DNA from: Pseudomonadota bacterium
GTDB taxonomy: Bacteria > Pseudomonadota > Gammaproteobacteria > Burkholderiales > Rhodocyclaceae
Assembly (NCBI GenBank): GCA_022705165.1
Contig: JAKJEY010000001.1
Coordinates: forward strand, 26,012-81,179
DNA length: 55,168 nucleotides
Direction: 5' to 3'
In this document: one piece after another, positions 11,190 through 26,189 of the stretch
Layout of the letters: the number at the start of each line of letters is the position of its first letter
Position numbering within the stretch: the stretch's first letter is position 1
Notes under the pieces: generated by a model
The model's input: the letters and a program-made list of their open reading frames with translations, nothing else
Told to the model about the DNA's origin: nothing
Databases searched by the model: none
Translations under genes and position numbers: made by a program

Positions 11190-12119
11190 TCAGCTGTCCA
11201 TCTTGGTCGTGAACAGGCTGGCCGCAATGATCATCACACCACCGGCCCACTCCTGCGGACCAAGCGATTCTCCGGCCAGATACCAGGACGAGATCGCTGC
11301 GAAGCCGACCTCGGTCAGCATGATCACGATGGCACGATTCGCGGGCGTGTGAGTCAGGCCGAACTGGACGACCAGATTCACCACCAGCACCAGCAGCCCG
11401 GTCAGGAGGAGCAGCCCCCAGGCCTCACCCGACACCGTGGGAGAAACGAGCGTAGCGGGCAGTTGCGTCCCGGCGAGCAGCGCACCGATGACGACGACGC
11501 CGAGGAAGGAGACCAGCACGCGCTGATCGAGCGGTACGTCGCGGGCACGCCGTGACAACACGTTGAAAAGCGCGAAGAAGAAGCCAGCGCCCAACCCTGT
11601 CCAGTCGGCAAGGTCACGCGGTAGCGGCACTCCCGTTTCCGGGCGCCACAGCATCGTCACAGCCCCGGCCAGCGACAGCAGGATGACACCGCCGCCGAAG
11701 GCATTGAGCCGTTCGCCGAGGATGCAACGCGACAGCAGCACGGTCCATAAGGGCGCGAGATAGAACAGCAGCAGCACGCGCATCACTTCGCCGGAGAGCG
11801 TTGCCATCACATAGCCGATGTTGCAGCCCCCGGCGGAAAACGCGAGACCGAGCAACAGCCACGGATGCGGGGGGCGAACGGGGCGCGGACGCCAGACGAG
11901 GAGCGCCACGACAAAGGCGACGAGGTACGTCAGCGAAGTCGCGCTCAGGCCATCGATGCCGAAATCGCGCAGTACGCGATAGGGATACCAGATCAGGCCC
12001 CAGACGAGCGCCCCAGTCAGCAGTGCAGCTAGCGCCACGCGCCCGTCATGCCTACTGTTGCCAGACGTCGATGTTGCCACTCCGGCGTTGCCGGCCCCGC
12101 TTCCAATTTCTTTCGCCAC
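11190..12119 (-). CDS. DMT/EamA family transporter
   Basis: About 10 TM segments; LFYLAPLW..LGER and LAGE motifs; start uncertain. Confidence 0.85.
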   Translation of the reverse strand: MAKEIGSGAGNAGVATSTSGNSRHDGRVALAALLTGALVWGLIWYPYRVLRDFGIDGLSATSLTYLVAFVVALLVWRPRPVRPPHPWLLLGLAFSAGGCNIGYVMATLSGEVMRVLLLFYLAPLWTVLLSRCILGERLNAFGGGVILLSLAGAVTMLWRPETGVPLPRDLADWTGLGAGFFFALFNVLSRRARDVPLDQRVLVSFLGVVVIGALLAGTQLPATLVSPTVSGEAWGLLLLTGLLVLVVNLVVQFGLTHTPANRAIVIMLTEVGFAAISSWYLAGESLGPQEWAGGVMIIAASLFTTKMDS

Positions 12120-12169
12120 CCGGCGATGCCCCTTATAATCCTGCTTTTGAAAACCCCGCCCGCAGACCC

Positions 12170-13363
12170 GTGAATCCTCATCTTTCGAAGCTGCAGCCCT
12201 ACCCGTTCGAAAAGCTGCGCCAGCTCTTCGCCGGCGTCACACCGAACCCGCAATACCGCGAAATCAAGCTGTCGATTGGCGAGCCTCAGCACGCCACGCC
12301 GGAATTCATCAAGCAGGCCCTCACCGCCGGGCTCGCGGGGCTGGCGAACTATCCTACCACGCAGGGCACACCCGCCCTGCGCCAGGCGATCGCTGCCTGG
12401 ATGGGCCGCCGCTACGGGCTGGAAGGGATCAATCCCGAAACCGAAATCCTGCCGGTGAATGGCTCACGCGAGGCGCTGTTCGCCTTTGCCCAGACCGTCA
12501 TCGACCCGTCGAAAGGCTATGTCCCGCTGGTCGTCAGCCCGAACCCGTTCTACCAGATCTACGAGGGCGCGGCCTATCTCGCCGGCGCCGAGCCGCGCTT
12601 CATCAACACGCTGCCGGAAAACGGCTTCGCACTCGATCTCGATGCGCTTTCCGATGCCGACTGGTCGCGCGTGCAGCTGATGTACGTCTGCTCGCCGGGC
12701 AACCCGACCGGAAAGGTGCTGAACCTCGACGACTGGAAGCAGCTTTTCGCGCTTTCCGACAAGTACGGTTTCATCATCGCTTCCGACGAGTGCTATTCGG
12801 AACTTTTCTTCGACGAGGCCAATCCACCCATCGGCGGCCTGCAGGCGGCAAAGCTGCTCGGCCGCAGCAACGAGCGCCTGGTCATGTTCTCCAGCCTCTC
12901 CAAGCGCTCGAACGTACCGGGCATGCGCTCCGGCTTCGTCGCCGGCGACGCGGCGATCCTCAGGCAGTTCCTGCTCTATCGCACCTATCACGGCGCGGCG
13001 ATGAGCCCGGCGATTCAGGCCGCCTCGGTCGCAGCCTGGAACGACGAGGCGCACGTGCTGGAAAACCGCCGCCTCTACGTCGAGAAGTTCGCGCAGGTGA
13101 CGCCGGTCGTCGCTTCGGTGCTGAAGACCGGCATGCCCGATGCGAGCTTCTACCTGTGGGCCAGAACGCCCATTGCAGATACCGAGTTCGCCCGCCGGCT
13201 CCTCGCTGAATATAATGTGGTGGTGTTGCCGGGCAGTTTTCTCGCCCGCAAGGCCAACGGTGTCAATCCCGGTACGGGATTCGTGCGCATCGCGCTGGTC
13301 GCATCGCTCGCCGAAACCCTCGAAGCAGCAGACCGGATCAAACAATTCGTTTCAAAACTCTAG
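12170..13363 (+). CDS. dapC: N-succinyldiaminopimelate aminotransferase
   Basis: GTG start ([16 protein letters not shown]); PLP motif [15 protein letters not shown]; upstream TATAAT at 12134. Confidence 0.95.
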   Translation: MNPHLSKLQPYPFEKLRQLFAGVTPNPQYREIKLSIGEPQHATPEFIKQALTAGLAGLANYPTTQGTPALRQAIAAWMGRRYGLEGINPETEILPVNGSREALFAFAQTVIDPSKGYVPLVVSPNPFYQIYEGAAYLAGAEPRFINTLPENGFALDLDALSDADWSRVQLMYVCSPGNPTGKVLNLDDWKQLFALSDKYGFIIASDECYSELFFDEANPPIGGLQAAKLLGRSNERLVMFSSLSKRSNVPGMRSGFVAGDAAILRQFLLYRTYHGAAMSPAIQAASVAAWNDEAHVLENRRLYVEKFAQVTPVVASVLKTGMPDASFYLWARTPIADTEFARRLLAEYNVVVLPGSFLARKANGVNPGTGFVRIALVASLAETLEAADRIKQFVSKL

Positions 13364-13373
13364 GAAGAACAAC

Positions 13374-14195
13374 ATGCAGCAATTCCAGCAGATCATCGAA
13401 GAAGCCTGGGAAAACCGGACTACCCTGCAACCTGGCACTGCCCCGGCCAAGATTGGCGAAGCCGTCACTGCCGTACTCGGCGAACTCGACGCAGGCCGCC
13501 TGCGCGTCGCCGAGAAGATCGACGGCGACTGGGTGACCCATCAGTGGATCAAGAAGGCCGTGCTGCTGTCCTTCCGCCTGGAAGACAACAAGCTGATGGA
13601 TGGCGGACCGATGCGCTTCTACGACAAGGTACCGACCAAGTTCGCCGACTACACGCAGGAAGACTTCGTCCGCGGTGGCTTCCGCGTCGTGCCGCCGGCC
13701 GCCGCGCGTAAGGGCGCCTACATTGCCAAGAACGTCGTGCTGATGCCCTCCTACGTCAACATCGGCGCCTACGTCGATGAAGGCACGATGGTCGACACCT
13801 GGGCCACCGTCGGTTCCTGCGCGCAGATCGGCAAGAACGTGCACCTCTCCGGCGGCGTCGGCATCGGCGGCGTACTGGAGCCGATCCAGGCCGGGCCCAC
13901 GATCATCGAGGACAACTGCTTCATCGGCGCGCGTTCGGAAGTGGTCGAAGGCGTCATCGTCGGCGAAGGCTCGGTGATCTCGATGGGCGTCTATATCGGC
14001 CAGTCGACCAAGATCTTCGACCGCGAGACGGGCGAAGTGAGCTACGGCCGCATTCCGCCGGGTTCGGTCGTCGTCTCCGGCAACCTGCCGTCGAAGGATG
14101 GCTCGTACAGCCTCTACTGCGCCGTGATCGTGAAAAAGGTCGACGCCAAGACGCGCGCCAAGACCAGCATCAACGAACTGCTGCGCGGCGACTAA
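13374..14195 (+). CDS. dapD: Tetrahydrodipicolinate N-succinyltransferase
   Basis: [24 protein letters not shown] and SINELLR motifs. Confidence 0.98.
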   Translation: MQQFQQIIEEAWENRTTLQPGTAPAKIGEAVTAVLGELDAGRLRVAEKIDGDWVTHQWIKKAVLLSFRLEDNKLMDGGPMRFYDKVPTKFADYTQEDFVRGGFRVVPPAAARKGAYIAKNVVLMPSYVNIGAYVDEGTMVDTWATVGSCAQIGKNVHLSGGVGIGGVLEPIQAGPTIIEDNCFIGARSEVVEGVIVGEGSVISMGVYIGQSTKIFDRETGEVSYGRIPPGSVVVSGNLPSKDGSYSLYCAVIVKKVDAKTRAKTSINELLRGD

Positions 14196-14228
14196 GCCGG
14201 ATCAATCCCCACTCGCGGAGATGAAACG

Positions 14229-17434
<3,206 letters not shown>

Positions 17435-17556
17435 CGCTCCGCGCTCGCTCCCGCAACCTCGCCTGTCTCGTCCCTGTCCTTTAAAGCACTTCGGCTACGC
17501 ATCCGCGAGCCGAAGTGATAGCCTATGCGCTCCTCTGTAGATACGGATCAAGACAC

Positions 17557-17949
17557 ATGGGCGACAGAACCACACTCAAGTTCCTCGTGGTGGACGACTT
17601 CTCCACGATGCGCCGAATCGTCCGCAACCTGCTCAAGGAACTCGGCTTCCACAATGTCGAGGAAGCCGAAGACGGTGCGGTCGCACTCGGCCGGCTGAAA
17701 CAGGGCGGAATCGAATTCGTCGTGACCGACTGGAACATGCCGAACATGGACGGCCTCACCCTGCTGCAATCAATTCGTGCCGATCCCGCGCTCAAGCACC
17801 TGCCAGTGCTGATGATCACCGCCGAAGCAAAAAAGGAAAACATCATCGCCGCGGCTCAGGCGGGGGCATCGGGCTACATCGTGAAACCTTTCACCGGCGC
17901 GACACTCTCCGAAAAATTGAACAAGATCTTCGAAAAGATGGGGGTTTGA
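17557..17949 (+). CDS. cheY: Chemotaxis response regulator CheY
   Basis: [27 protein letters not shown] and YIVKPF, very close to enteric CheY. Confidence 0.95.
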   Translation: MGDRTTLKFLVVDDFSTMRRIVRNLLKELGFHNVEEAEDGAVALGRLKQGGIEFVVTDWNMPNMDGLTLLQSIRADPALKHLPVLMITAEAKKENIIAAAQAGASGYIVKPFTGATLSEKLNKIFEKMGV

Positions 17950-18513
17950 ATGGCAACGACAAGCAAGCGCACTTCCGCAGCCACCGTTCGCAAGGCACCC
18001 GCGAAGAAACCGGCTGCACCCGCACGCAAGGCCGCAGCGAAGAAGGCCCCGGCGAAGCGCAGCAAGGACACCAGCAGCCATGTGCTCAGCGAACTGAAGG
18101 ACCTCGCCAAGGAACTCAAGCTGGCGGCGAAGGGACTCAACAAGAAGACAGCCGGACAAAATCCGAAGGAAGTCTCCAGCATCCTCGGCAGCGTCGAGCG
18201 CATGACCGCCGATGCCGCCAACAAGTCGCTGACCGAGGCCGAAGCGGCCAAGGTACTGGTTAGTGCCACGCTCGACTCGCTGTCGAAGAACTGGAACCGC
18301 CAGGACATCGAAACCCATCTCAAGGCCGTCAGCGCGCACCTGACCAACATCATCGTGGCCCAGGAGTTCCAGGATCTCGCCGGACAATCCCTGCGCAAGG
18401 CGATGAAGGCGCTGGTAGGCGCAATCATCGTCGTCGAGGGCGGCGGCCCCACCGAGGACAAGCGTCTCTCGCAGAGCGAGATCGACGGCCTGCTGAAGGA
18501 CCTGATGCCCTGA
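17950..18513 (+). CDS. cheZ: CheZ-like phosphatase with a Lys/Ala/Pro-rich N-terminal tail
   Basis: MT.DAAN, catalytic AQEFQDLAGQ (DxxxQ) and C-terminal SQSEIDGLL; starts 1 nt after the cheY stop. Confidence 0.8.
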   Translation: MATTSKRTSAATVRKAPAKKPAAPARKAAAKKAPAKRSKDTSSHVLSELKDLAKELKLAAKGLNKKTAGQNPKEVSSILGSVERMTADAANKSLTEAEAAKVLVSATLDSLSKNWNRQDIETHLKAVSAHLTNIIVAQEFQDLAGQSLRKAMKALVGAIIVVEGGGPTEDKRLSQSEIDGLLKDLMP

Positions 18514-18542
18514 CGGGCCATCGACTAGCGAAGCAGTAAAAC

Positions 18543-18576
18543 AAAAACGGCGAGTGATTTTCATCACTCGCCGTTT
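18543..18576. terminator. Terminator between cheZ and the tRNA operon
   Basis: AAACGGCGAGTGAT/ATCACTCGCCGTTT inverted repeat with A/T tracts. Confidence 0.8.
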
Positions 18577-18585
18577 CCGTACAGC

Positions 18586-18662
18586 TGGGGCGACATACCG
18601 GGATCGAACCGGTGACACCTGGAATCACAATCCAGTGCTCTACCGACTGAGCTAATGCCGCC
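18586..18662 (-). tRNA. tRNA-His(GUG)
   Basis: Cloverleaf with anticodon GTG, encoded G-1 and CCA end. Confidence 0.97.
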
Positions 18663-18669
18663 ACTGTTC

Positions 18670-18746
18670 TGGCGCGCCCGGCGAGACTCGAACTCACAAC
18701 CCCCGGCTTAGAAGGCCGGTGCTCTATCCGGTTGAGCTACGGGCGC
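18670..18746 (-). tRNA. tRNA-Arg(UCU)
   Basis: Anticodon arm CCGGC-CTTCTAA-GCCGG; GTTCGAG T-loop; CCA end. Confidence 0.97.
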
Positions 18747-18810
18747 GGGTTGAATCTCTCAGGCAAAAAATCTTGCTCGGTGTACTACAGGGCCTGCAAA
18801 CTACGAATTT

Positions 18811-18887
18811 TGGTCGGGGCGGTGGGATTCGAACTCACGACCCTCTGCTCCCAAAGCAGATGCGCTACCAGGCTGCGCTACGCCCCG
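18811..18887 (-). tRNA. tRNA-Pro(UGG)
   Basis: CGGGGCGTAGCGCAGCCTGG start; anticodon TGG; CCA end. Confidence 0.97.
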
Positions 18888-18890
18888 AGG

Positions 18891-18927
18891 AAGGGCGCAT
18901 TATAGAGACGAGGTTCCTTAAGGTCAA
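18891..18927 (-). promoter_or_regulatory. sigma70 promoter of the tRNA-Pro/Arg/His operon with GC-rich discriminator
   Basis: TTGACC-N17-TATAAT-GCGCCC. Confidence 0.85.
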
Positions 18928-19038
18928 TCGTCGCCGCGAGCTTTTTATCATTGACGACACCTTGCTTGCACCCCCCATGCATTTCTGATAGAAAAGCAGC
19001 TTTTCCAAAACGGACGCTCTCCGAAAGACCCCCGAAAA

Positions 19039-19464
19039 ATGGCTGAAGACCTGCTCCACAAACATTTCACGCCCTACGTTCCGAAGAAGGGCGAGGAATA
19101 CATGAACTCCAAGCAGCTGACGCATTTCCGCAAGATTCTGCAGACGCTGAAACAGGAACTCTCGGAAGACATCGAGCGCACCGTGCATACGATGCAGGAC
19201 GAAGCCACCGTCTTTGCCGACCCGAACGATCGGGCCAGCCAGGAAACCGACATGGCGATCGAGCTGCGTAACCGCGACCGCGAACGCAAGCTGATCAAGA
19301 AGATCGACGAAACGCTGGGCCGCATCGAAGCGGACGACTACGGCTACTGCGACAAGTGCGGCGTCGAGATCGGCATCAAGCGCCTGGAAGCGCGCCCGAC
19401 GGCCACCCTGTGCATCGACTGCAAGACGCTGGAAGAACTGCGCGAAAAGCAGGTCGCAAAGTAA
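19039..19464 (+). CDS. dksA: RNA polymerase-binding factor DksA
   Basis: DPNDRA coiled-coil tip; CDKC...CIDC zinc finger. Confidence 0.97.
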   Translation: MAEDLLHKHFTPYVPKKGEEYMNSKQLTHFRKILQTLKQELSEDIERTVHTMQDEATVFADPNDRASQETDMAIELRNRDRERKLIKKIDETLGRIEADDYGYCDKCGVEIGIKRLEARPTATLCIDCKTLEELREKQVAK

Positions 19465-19509
19465 TTTGCTGCCGCCACTCCGGGTCTCGACGACACCGGG
19501 GAGACAAAT

Positions 19510-19537
19510 AAAAAAGGACGCCGAAGCGTCCTTTTTT
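19510..19537. terminator. Bidirectional terminator (dksA/pnp)
   Basis: AAAAAAGGACGC-CGAA-GCGTCCTTTTTT. Confidence 0.9.
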
Positions 19538-19555
19538 GTTGCCCAAAAATCAGGC

Positions 19556-21678
<2,123 letters not shown>

Positions 21679-21772
21679 TGTTTCCTTTCTTTCTGATTAT
21701 TGGCGCGGCGTACCCACGACACTGGCACGCATTATTTTCGACGCGCCGTTGGCCATCACGGATGGCCATGGC

Positions 21773-21821
21773 AAAAGCGAAAACAGCGGCACCACCTCAT
21801 CGGCAGTGCCGCTGCTTTCGC
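21773..21821 (-). terminator. rpsO terminator/attenuator hairpin in the rpsO-pnp spacer
   Basis: GCGAAAGCAGCGGCAC...GTGCCGCTGTTTTCGC followed by TTTT on the minus strand. Confidence 0.7.
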
Positions 21822-21874
21822 GTGTTCCCGATCGCATTGCGGATCGGAGAATTCGGTTTGGAGCGATGTCTGAA

Positions 21875-22144
21875 TTACTTGCGCAGGCCCAGACGCTCGA
21901 TCAGCGTGCGATAGCTGTCGACGTTGGTGCGCTTCAGGTAGTCGAGGAGCTTGCGACGACGGGAGACCATGCGCAGCAGGCCGCGGCGCGAGTGGTGATC
22001 CTTGACGTGCTCCTTGAAGTGACCGGTCAGGTCATTGATGCGGGCGGTCAGCAGTGCCACCTGGACTTCGGGGGAACCCGTGTCGCCCTGGGCGCGCTGG
22101 AAATCGGTAACGACCTTCGACTTTTGTTCGGTAGTGAACGCCAT
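21875..22144 (-). CDS. rpsO: 30S ribosomal protein S15
   Basis: [13 protein letters not shown] and [10 protein letters not shown] motifs; 89 aa; upstream TATAAT-GCGCGCC at 22245-22233. Confidence 0.99.
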   Translation of the reverse strand: MAFTTEQKSKVVTDFQRAQGDTGSPEVQVALLTARINDLTGHFKEHVKDHHSRRGLLRMVSRRRKLLDYLKRTNVDSYRTLIERLGLRK

Positions 22145-22492
22145 GTCAAACTCTCTTTCATTGAAACGACGCTGCCCCGGTTTGATAGAGCTGGGCGTCA
22201 GGTTGATCAAAATTATTCGCCTGGCGAGCGAAGGCGCGCATTATAGCGGCATTCGCAGGCGCTAAGCAACCGATTTTTCAGGATTTTCCCCGCTGGCCGA
22301 CAGTTTCCGGGGACACCCCGGGGTGGCGGCCCAGTCGCCCATCGGGGCGCCCTGTGGCACATGTGGCGGGGCCAGCCGCCAATTAATTTTTTCCGGGCAG
22401 CAAAAGACGGTTGACGCTACCCGACGGCGGTGCCGATACTGCCACCGTCACGAACCCCGGCTTTTTTCCTCATACCGGTTGCACACCGCCCC

Positions 22493-23755
22493 ATGCCCAT
22501 CCAGTTCTCGTCGCAGACGCAACCTTTTGAACGACTCGCGGACGTCGTTGCGTTGCCGATCGGCCGCTGGGACAGCGAGGCTCGGCTGCTCTTCTGCAAC
22601 ACTCCCTATCTGGCATGGTCGGGGCGCAGCCACGAGCAATTGCTCGGCCGCACCCTCCATGAACTGTTCGGCGCCGAGGCCTGGGCTGCGGCAAAACCGG
22701 CCTTCGAGCGTGCATTTGGTGGCGAGACCTCGGGCTACCAGCGCCTGCTGACGCACCCACCGCATTCGCCACGCTGGGCCCGCATACAGGTGTTTCCGGA
22801 TGTCGACGAATACGGCACCGTCACCTCGGTGTTCACGATTGCCACCGACATCCATCAGGACATCGTCGAACGTGATGCGCTGATTGCGGCGCGCAAGCGC
22901 CTCGACCGCTTCACCGACAACATCCCGACGCCGCTCGTCTACCTCGACTGCAACTGCCTGCTGCGCTTCGTCAACAAGGCCTGGTGCCAACTGGTCAGCA
23001 TGGCCGCCGAGGATGCACTGGGGCGTCATGTCAGCGAGGTGCGCGGTGTCGCCAGCTGGCTGGAACAGAAACCGTATTACGAGACGGCGCTGGCAGGCAC
23101 CACGACACATTTTTCACGACTGGTGCATGGCCTCGCCAATGGCTCGCGCTGGATGCGCACCAGCTACGTACCCGATACCGACGAGAACGGTACCGTCATC
23201 GGCATCTACACCATCACCACCGACGTCCACGACCTGACCATCGCCCAGGAACAGCTGCGCCGCAGCGTCGAGCGGGACGCGCTCACCGATGCGCTGAGCC
23301 GGCACACGATGATGTCCTTCATCGAATGTTCGATTGCCGACCCCAACCTGGAATACGCGCTGTTCTTCATCGATCTCGACGGCTTCAAGGCCGTCAACGA
23401 CGAGAAGGGGCACCATGCGGGCGACCGCCTGCTGGCCGACATCGCCGCCGCCCTGCGCGGCGCCGTCCGCGCCGAGGATGCGGTCGGCCGCTTCGGCGGC
23501 GACGAGTTCCTCGTGCTGGCCAGGGTGCACGGCCAGACGGGCGCACAGGCGCTGGCCGAACACCTGCGCGCGACTGTCGAGGAGGTCGCGCAGAGGTCCG
23601 GCGACCGGGTCAGCGCCAGCATCGGCTACGCCCTGTCCCCGAGCGATTCGCGCGATCCGATGCAGCTCCTGCATCACGCCGACGAAGCGATGTACATCGC
23701 CAAGCGCAACGGCAAGAACCGCGTCATGCCGTGGGCCCGAGGCACGACGAGCTGA
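22493..23755 (+). CDS. PAS-PAS-GGDEF diguanylate cyclase
   Basis: Two PAS-like repeats; FIDLDGFKAVND..GH..GD; I-site RAED; RFGGDEF. Confidence 0.92.
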   Translation: MPIQFSSQTQPFERLADVVALPIGRWDSEARLLFCNTPYLAWSGRSHEQLLGRTLHELFGAEAWAAAKPAFERAFGGETSGYQRLLTHPPHSPRWARIQVFPDVDEYGTVTSVFTIATDIHQDIVERDALIAARKRLDRFTDNIPTPLVYLDCNCLLRFVNKAWCQLVSMAAEDALGRHVSEVRGVASWLEQKPYYETALAGTTTHFSRLVHGLANGSRWMRTSYVPDTDENGTVIGIYTITTDVHDLTIAQEQLRRSVERDALTDALSRHTMMSFIECSIADPNLEYALFFIDLDGFKAVNDEKGHHAGDRLLADIAAALRGAVRAEDAVGRFGGDEFLVLARVHGQTGAQALAEHLRATVEEVAQRSGDRVSASIGYALSPSDSRDPMQLLHHADEAMYIAKRNGKNRVMPWARGTTS

Positions 23756-24080
23756 CCTCGTCGCCCTCGGCCCGCGCCAGCGAACGCTCGAGGTAGCGAC
23801 CCAGCCGACGCCACAGGCTCGTATTCTCAGGCGACAGGATCAGCACCTCAGCAGCCTCCAGCGCAAGCAGCTCGATCCAGCCGCCCGCCTCCAGACAGCA
23901 CGCCTCCTCGGCAGCCAGTGGCGCCTCCAGCGCCACGAGGCGCTCCGCAAGCGAGGCGAACGGAAAGCGGACCCGCAGCGCCCCCTCGCAAACAACCAGC
24001 ATCGAACCCGCCTCGACCAGCACCCGCTGGACCTGGCCGGACGCCAGCACCAGCGAAAGACTCCCCGCTCTTGCACCCAT
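23724..24080 (-). CDS. Small hypothetical protein (possibly DUF2917-like), divergent from the MocR regulator
   Basis: Strong Shine-Dalgarno AGGAGG before ATG at 24080; beta-rich V..G.L.V pattern; family call is tentative. Confidence 0.6.
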   Translation of the reverse strand: MGARAGSLSLVLASGQVQRVLVEAGSMLVVCEGALRVRFPFASLAERLVALEAPLAAEEACCLEAGGWIELLALEAAEVLILSPENTSLWRRLGRYLERSLARAEGDEVSSSCLGPTA

Positions 24081-24272
24081 CGCAAACCTCCTGTTTCAGC
24101 GTGCCCGCCGGCAGCGGGAACACGGTCACAGCGTACGCAGGCAAGGCGGCACAAAACAGCCACAGAGAAAACCTGTCTGTACCGTAGCAGATTGAATTTT
24201 TCGCATCTGTTATGGTCTGATTCAGATCGATCTATATCTGCCGGTGCGCATCGTCCCGGAGGAAGATGGCGC

Positions 24273-25775
24273 ATGGACACCCAGACGACCGACCGAACCC
24301 CGCTCTACCGAACGATTGCCGGCCAGTACCGCAGCGCCATCGAAAACGGCACGCTGCTACCCGGGGAACTCTTTCCCTCGGTGCGCGCGCTGATGGCCCG
24401 CCACGAAGTCAGCCTCTCCACTGCGCTGCAGGTCTGCCGCTCGCTCGAAACCGATGGCTGGCTGGAAGCGCGGCCGCGCTCCGGCAATTTCGTGCGACGC
24501 CCCCGGCGCCTTTCGATGCCGGCGCTGCAGGAACCGAACCCAGCCGCCCTGCCCGATCCGGCGCAGTTCGTCGGCATCCATGCCCGCGTCTCGGATTTCG
24601 TATCCCGCGGGATCGTTGCGCGCAGCAAGGGCCAGCCGGTTCGCATCAACCTTTCCGGGGCTGCCTGCGCACCGAGCCTCTATCCGGGCGAGGCGCTGAA
24701 GAACGCGGCGACACGTGCGTTGCGGCGCAACCCGGATCTGCTGGTCAAGAACATTCCGCTCAACGGCAACGCCGGCTTCCGCGCCATTCTGGCCAAGCGG
24801 GCGATGGAAAGCGGCATGCTGCTCTCCCCGGACGACATCGTCGTCACGCATGGCTGCATCGAGGCGCTCAACGTCGCGCTGCGCGCCGTAGCCCAGCCGG
24901 GTGACATCATCGCCGTCGAGTCACCGACCTACTTCGGGCTGCTGCAGGTGCTCGAGTCGCTCGGCCTGCGCGCACTGGAAATCCCGACCAGCCCGCAGAC
25001 CGGCATCTCGCTGGAAGCGCTCGAACTGGCGCGGCAGACCTACCCGAACATCAAGGCCGTCGTCGTCGTTCCCACGCTGCAGAACCCGCTCGGCAGCATC
25101 ATGCCGGAAGCCCACCGGGAGCGTCTCGTCGCCTTCTGCGACGCCGCCGGCATTGCGCTGATCGAGGACGACACCTACAGCGCACTGGCCAGCGGCAACG
25201 GCGGCCCCAAGGCGCTCAAGCACTGGGACAGGACCGGTAACGTCATCCATTGCGCCTCGCTGCACAAGATTCTTGCCGCCGGCATGCGGCTCGGCTGGAT
25301 CAGCGCCGGGCGCTGGCAGGCGCGCGTCGAAATGCTCAAGTATGCACAGACCCGCAGCAGCGAAGAGCTTTCACAGCTGGCTGCGGGAGAATTCATGGCC
25401 TCCAGTGCGTTCGATCGCTACCTGCGCCGGCTGCGCAGCCAGCTGGCCGACCAGCGGGAACGGACCGCTGCCGCCGTAGCCGAGCATTTCCCGGCCGAGA
25501 CGCGCTGCAACGAACCGGATGGGGGGCTCATGCTGTGGGTCGAGTTGCCCGCCGGGATTCCCTCGGCGAAGGTTTTTGACGCGGCGCTCGCCGAAGGCAT
25601 CCTCATCGCCCCGGGGCAGATGTTCTCCAACTCGAACCGATTCGACCATTACCTGCGGCTGAACTGCGGCCTCCCGATCACCCCGGAAGTCGAAGCCGCC
25701 GTCGCCAGGCTCGGCACCATCGTTACCAGCCTGCAAGCACGCAGCAACCGGCGTATCGCCGGCACACCCAACTGA
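24273..25775 (+). CDS. MocR/GabR-family regulator (GntR HTH + PLP aminotransferase-like domain)
   Basis: PLY..IA, PSVR and ARPRSG motifs; ESPTYFG; IEDD.Y; SLHK PLP lysine. Confidence 0.93.
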   Translation: MDTQTTDRTPLYRTIAGQYRSAIENGTLLPGELFPSVRALMARHEVSLSTALQVCRSLETDGWLEARPRSGNFVRRPRRLSMPALQEPNPAALPDPAQFVGIHARVSDFVSRGIVARSKGQPVRINLSGAACAPSLYPGEALKNAATRALRRNPDLLVKNIPLNGNAGFRAILAKRAMESGMLLSPDDIVVTHGCIEALNVALRAVAQPGDIIAVESPTYFGLLQVLESLGLRALEIPTSPQTGISLEALELARQTYPNIKAVVVVPTLQNPLGSIMPEAHRERLVAFCDAAGIALIEDDTYSALASGNGGPKALKHWDRTGNVIHCASLHKILAAGMRLGWISAGRWQARVEMLKYAQTRSSEELSQLAAGEFMASSAFDRYLRRLRSQLADQRERTAAAVAEHFPAETRCNEPDGGLMLWVELPAGIPSAKVFDAALAEGILIAPGQMFSNSNRFDHYLRLNCGLPITPEVEAAVARLGTIVTSLQARSNRRIAGTPN

Positions 25776-25817
25776 CCCCCTGTACATTCCGCGCAGTCAG
25801 CAACCCGGGAGACCCGC

Positions 25818-26084
25818 ATGCACATCGACACCTTCACCGAACAGCTGCGACAGGAAGGCTTCGCCGAGATCACCACGGTCGAGCGCGAACCCAGGGGCAG
25901 CCTCGGCGACCATGCCCACCCCTTCGACGCGAAGGCGCTGATCGTCGCCGGGGAAATCACGATCACCGTGGACGGACAGAGCACCACCTACTGCAGCGGC
26001 GAGATCTTCCATCTCGCTAGCGGCGTGCAGCACGAGGAACGCTACGGACCGGCCGGGGTCCGTTATCTGGTGGGGAGAAGATAG
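25818..26084 (+). CDS. Cupin domain protein
   Basis: HAHPFDAKALIVAGEI...G..F.L..G..HEE..G cupin motifs. Confidence 0.85.
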   Translation: MHIDTFTEQLRQEGFAEITTVEREPRGSLGDHAHPFDAKALIVAGEITITVDGQSTTYCSGEIFHLASGVQHEERYGPAGVRYLVGRR

Positions 26085-26189
26085 AACTCACCCGGACAGG
26101 CGTCGCTCGCGCGAGGCACGGGCACCCGCCTTTCAGCCGGGCTCGTGGCAGGCACCGGACGGCAATATGCCTGGGTCCTGCAGCAATCT

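Noticed and set aside
18586-18887. tRNA cluster as an island integration site
   Set aside because: No integrase and no duplicated tRNA 3' end noticed in the window.
24162-24180. ACAG/CTGT motifs read as an SOS box
   Set aside because: Wrong orientation and spacing for CTGT-N8-ACAG; better explained as MocR repeats.
23334-24272. 313-aa N-terminal extension on the MocR ORF
   Set aside because: Overlaps the GGDEF gene and the divergent small gene; GntR similarity starts at ATG 24273.
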